64,000 nt of DNA. It comes from Octopus sinensis (Eukaryota). Location of the stretch: NCBI RefSeq assembly GCF_006345805.1, contig NC_043008.1, positions 78,492,001-78,556,000 on the forward strand. Direction: 5' to 3'. The notes beneath the pieces are model-generated. The model was not told where the DNA came from. It worked only from the letters and a program-made list of their open reading frames with translations, and did not search any database. Position numbers and translations under genes: made by a program. Numbering within the stretch: the stretch's first letter is position 1; each line of letters begins with the position of its first letter. Positions 63,880 through 64,000 of this stretch are shown piece after piece.

Positions 63880-64000
63880 TAATATAGGAAAATATGTTGT
63901 TGAAAATGCACTTATATTTCAAAAGCTCGTAAATGTTTTAAATACATTTATCTACATATATACCAAACTAGTTTCAACAATATTTTTTGTTTATCAATGG

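Overview
AT-rich, microsatellite-dense eukaryotic intergenic or intronic DNA, most likely from an octopus. That call is an inference from the tRNA-derived SINE families and the repeat landscape. I found no convincing host protein-coding gene; most ORF calls are translations of microsatellites or antisense frames of transposons. The window is almost entirely transposable elements. It holds a stack of mostly co-oriented R4/Dong-type RLE LINEs separated by (ATT)n tracts (13.6-39 kb), plus Hero, RTE, CR1 and L1/Tx1 fragments. It also holds two mariner copies that share inactivating lesions, a doubly deleted Ty3/gypsy element, Chapaev3-like, Tc1/mariner and Helentron-like remnants, and three SINE families. 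The most interesting signals are: (i) about ten type-I hammerhead-ribozyme motifs tied to Penelope-like remnants, four with intact cores, two of them in a perfect 204-bp palindrome; (ii) ORF1-only (half-L1-like) retroelements, one inserted with a target-site duplication into a SINE tRNA head; (iii) a recurrent ~550-bp non-coding element embedded in (TAA)n alongside the Dong LINEs; (iv) several local inverted duplications. All family assignments come from motif recognition, not database searches, and boundaries of decayed elements are approximate.
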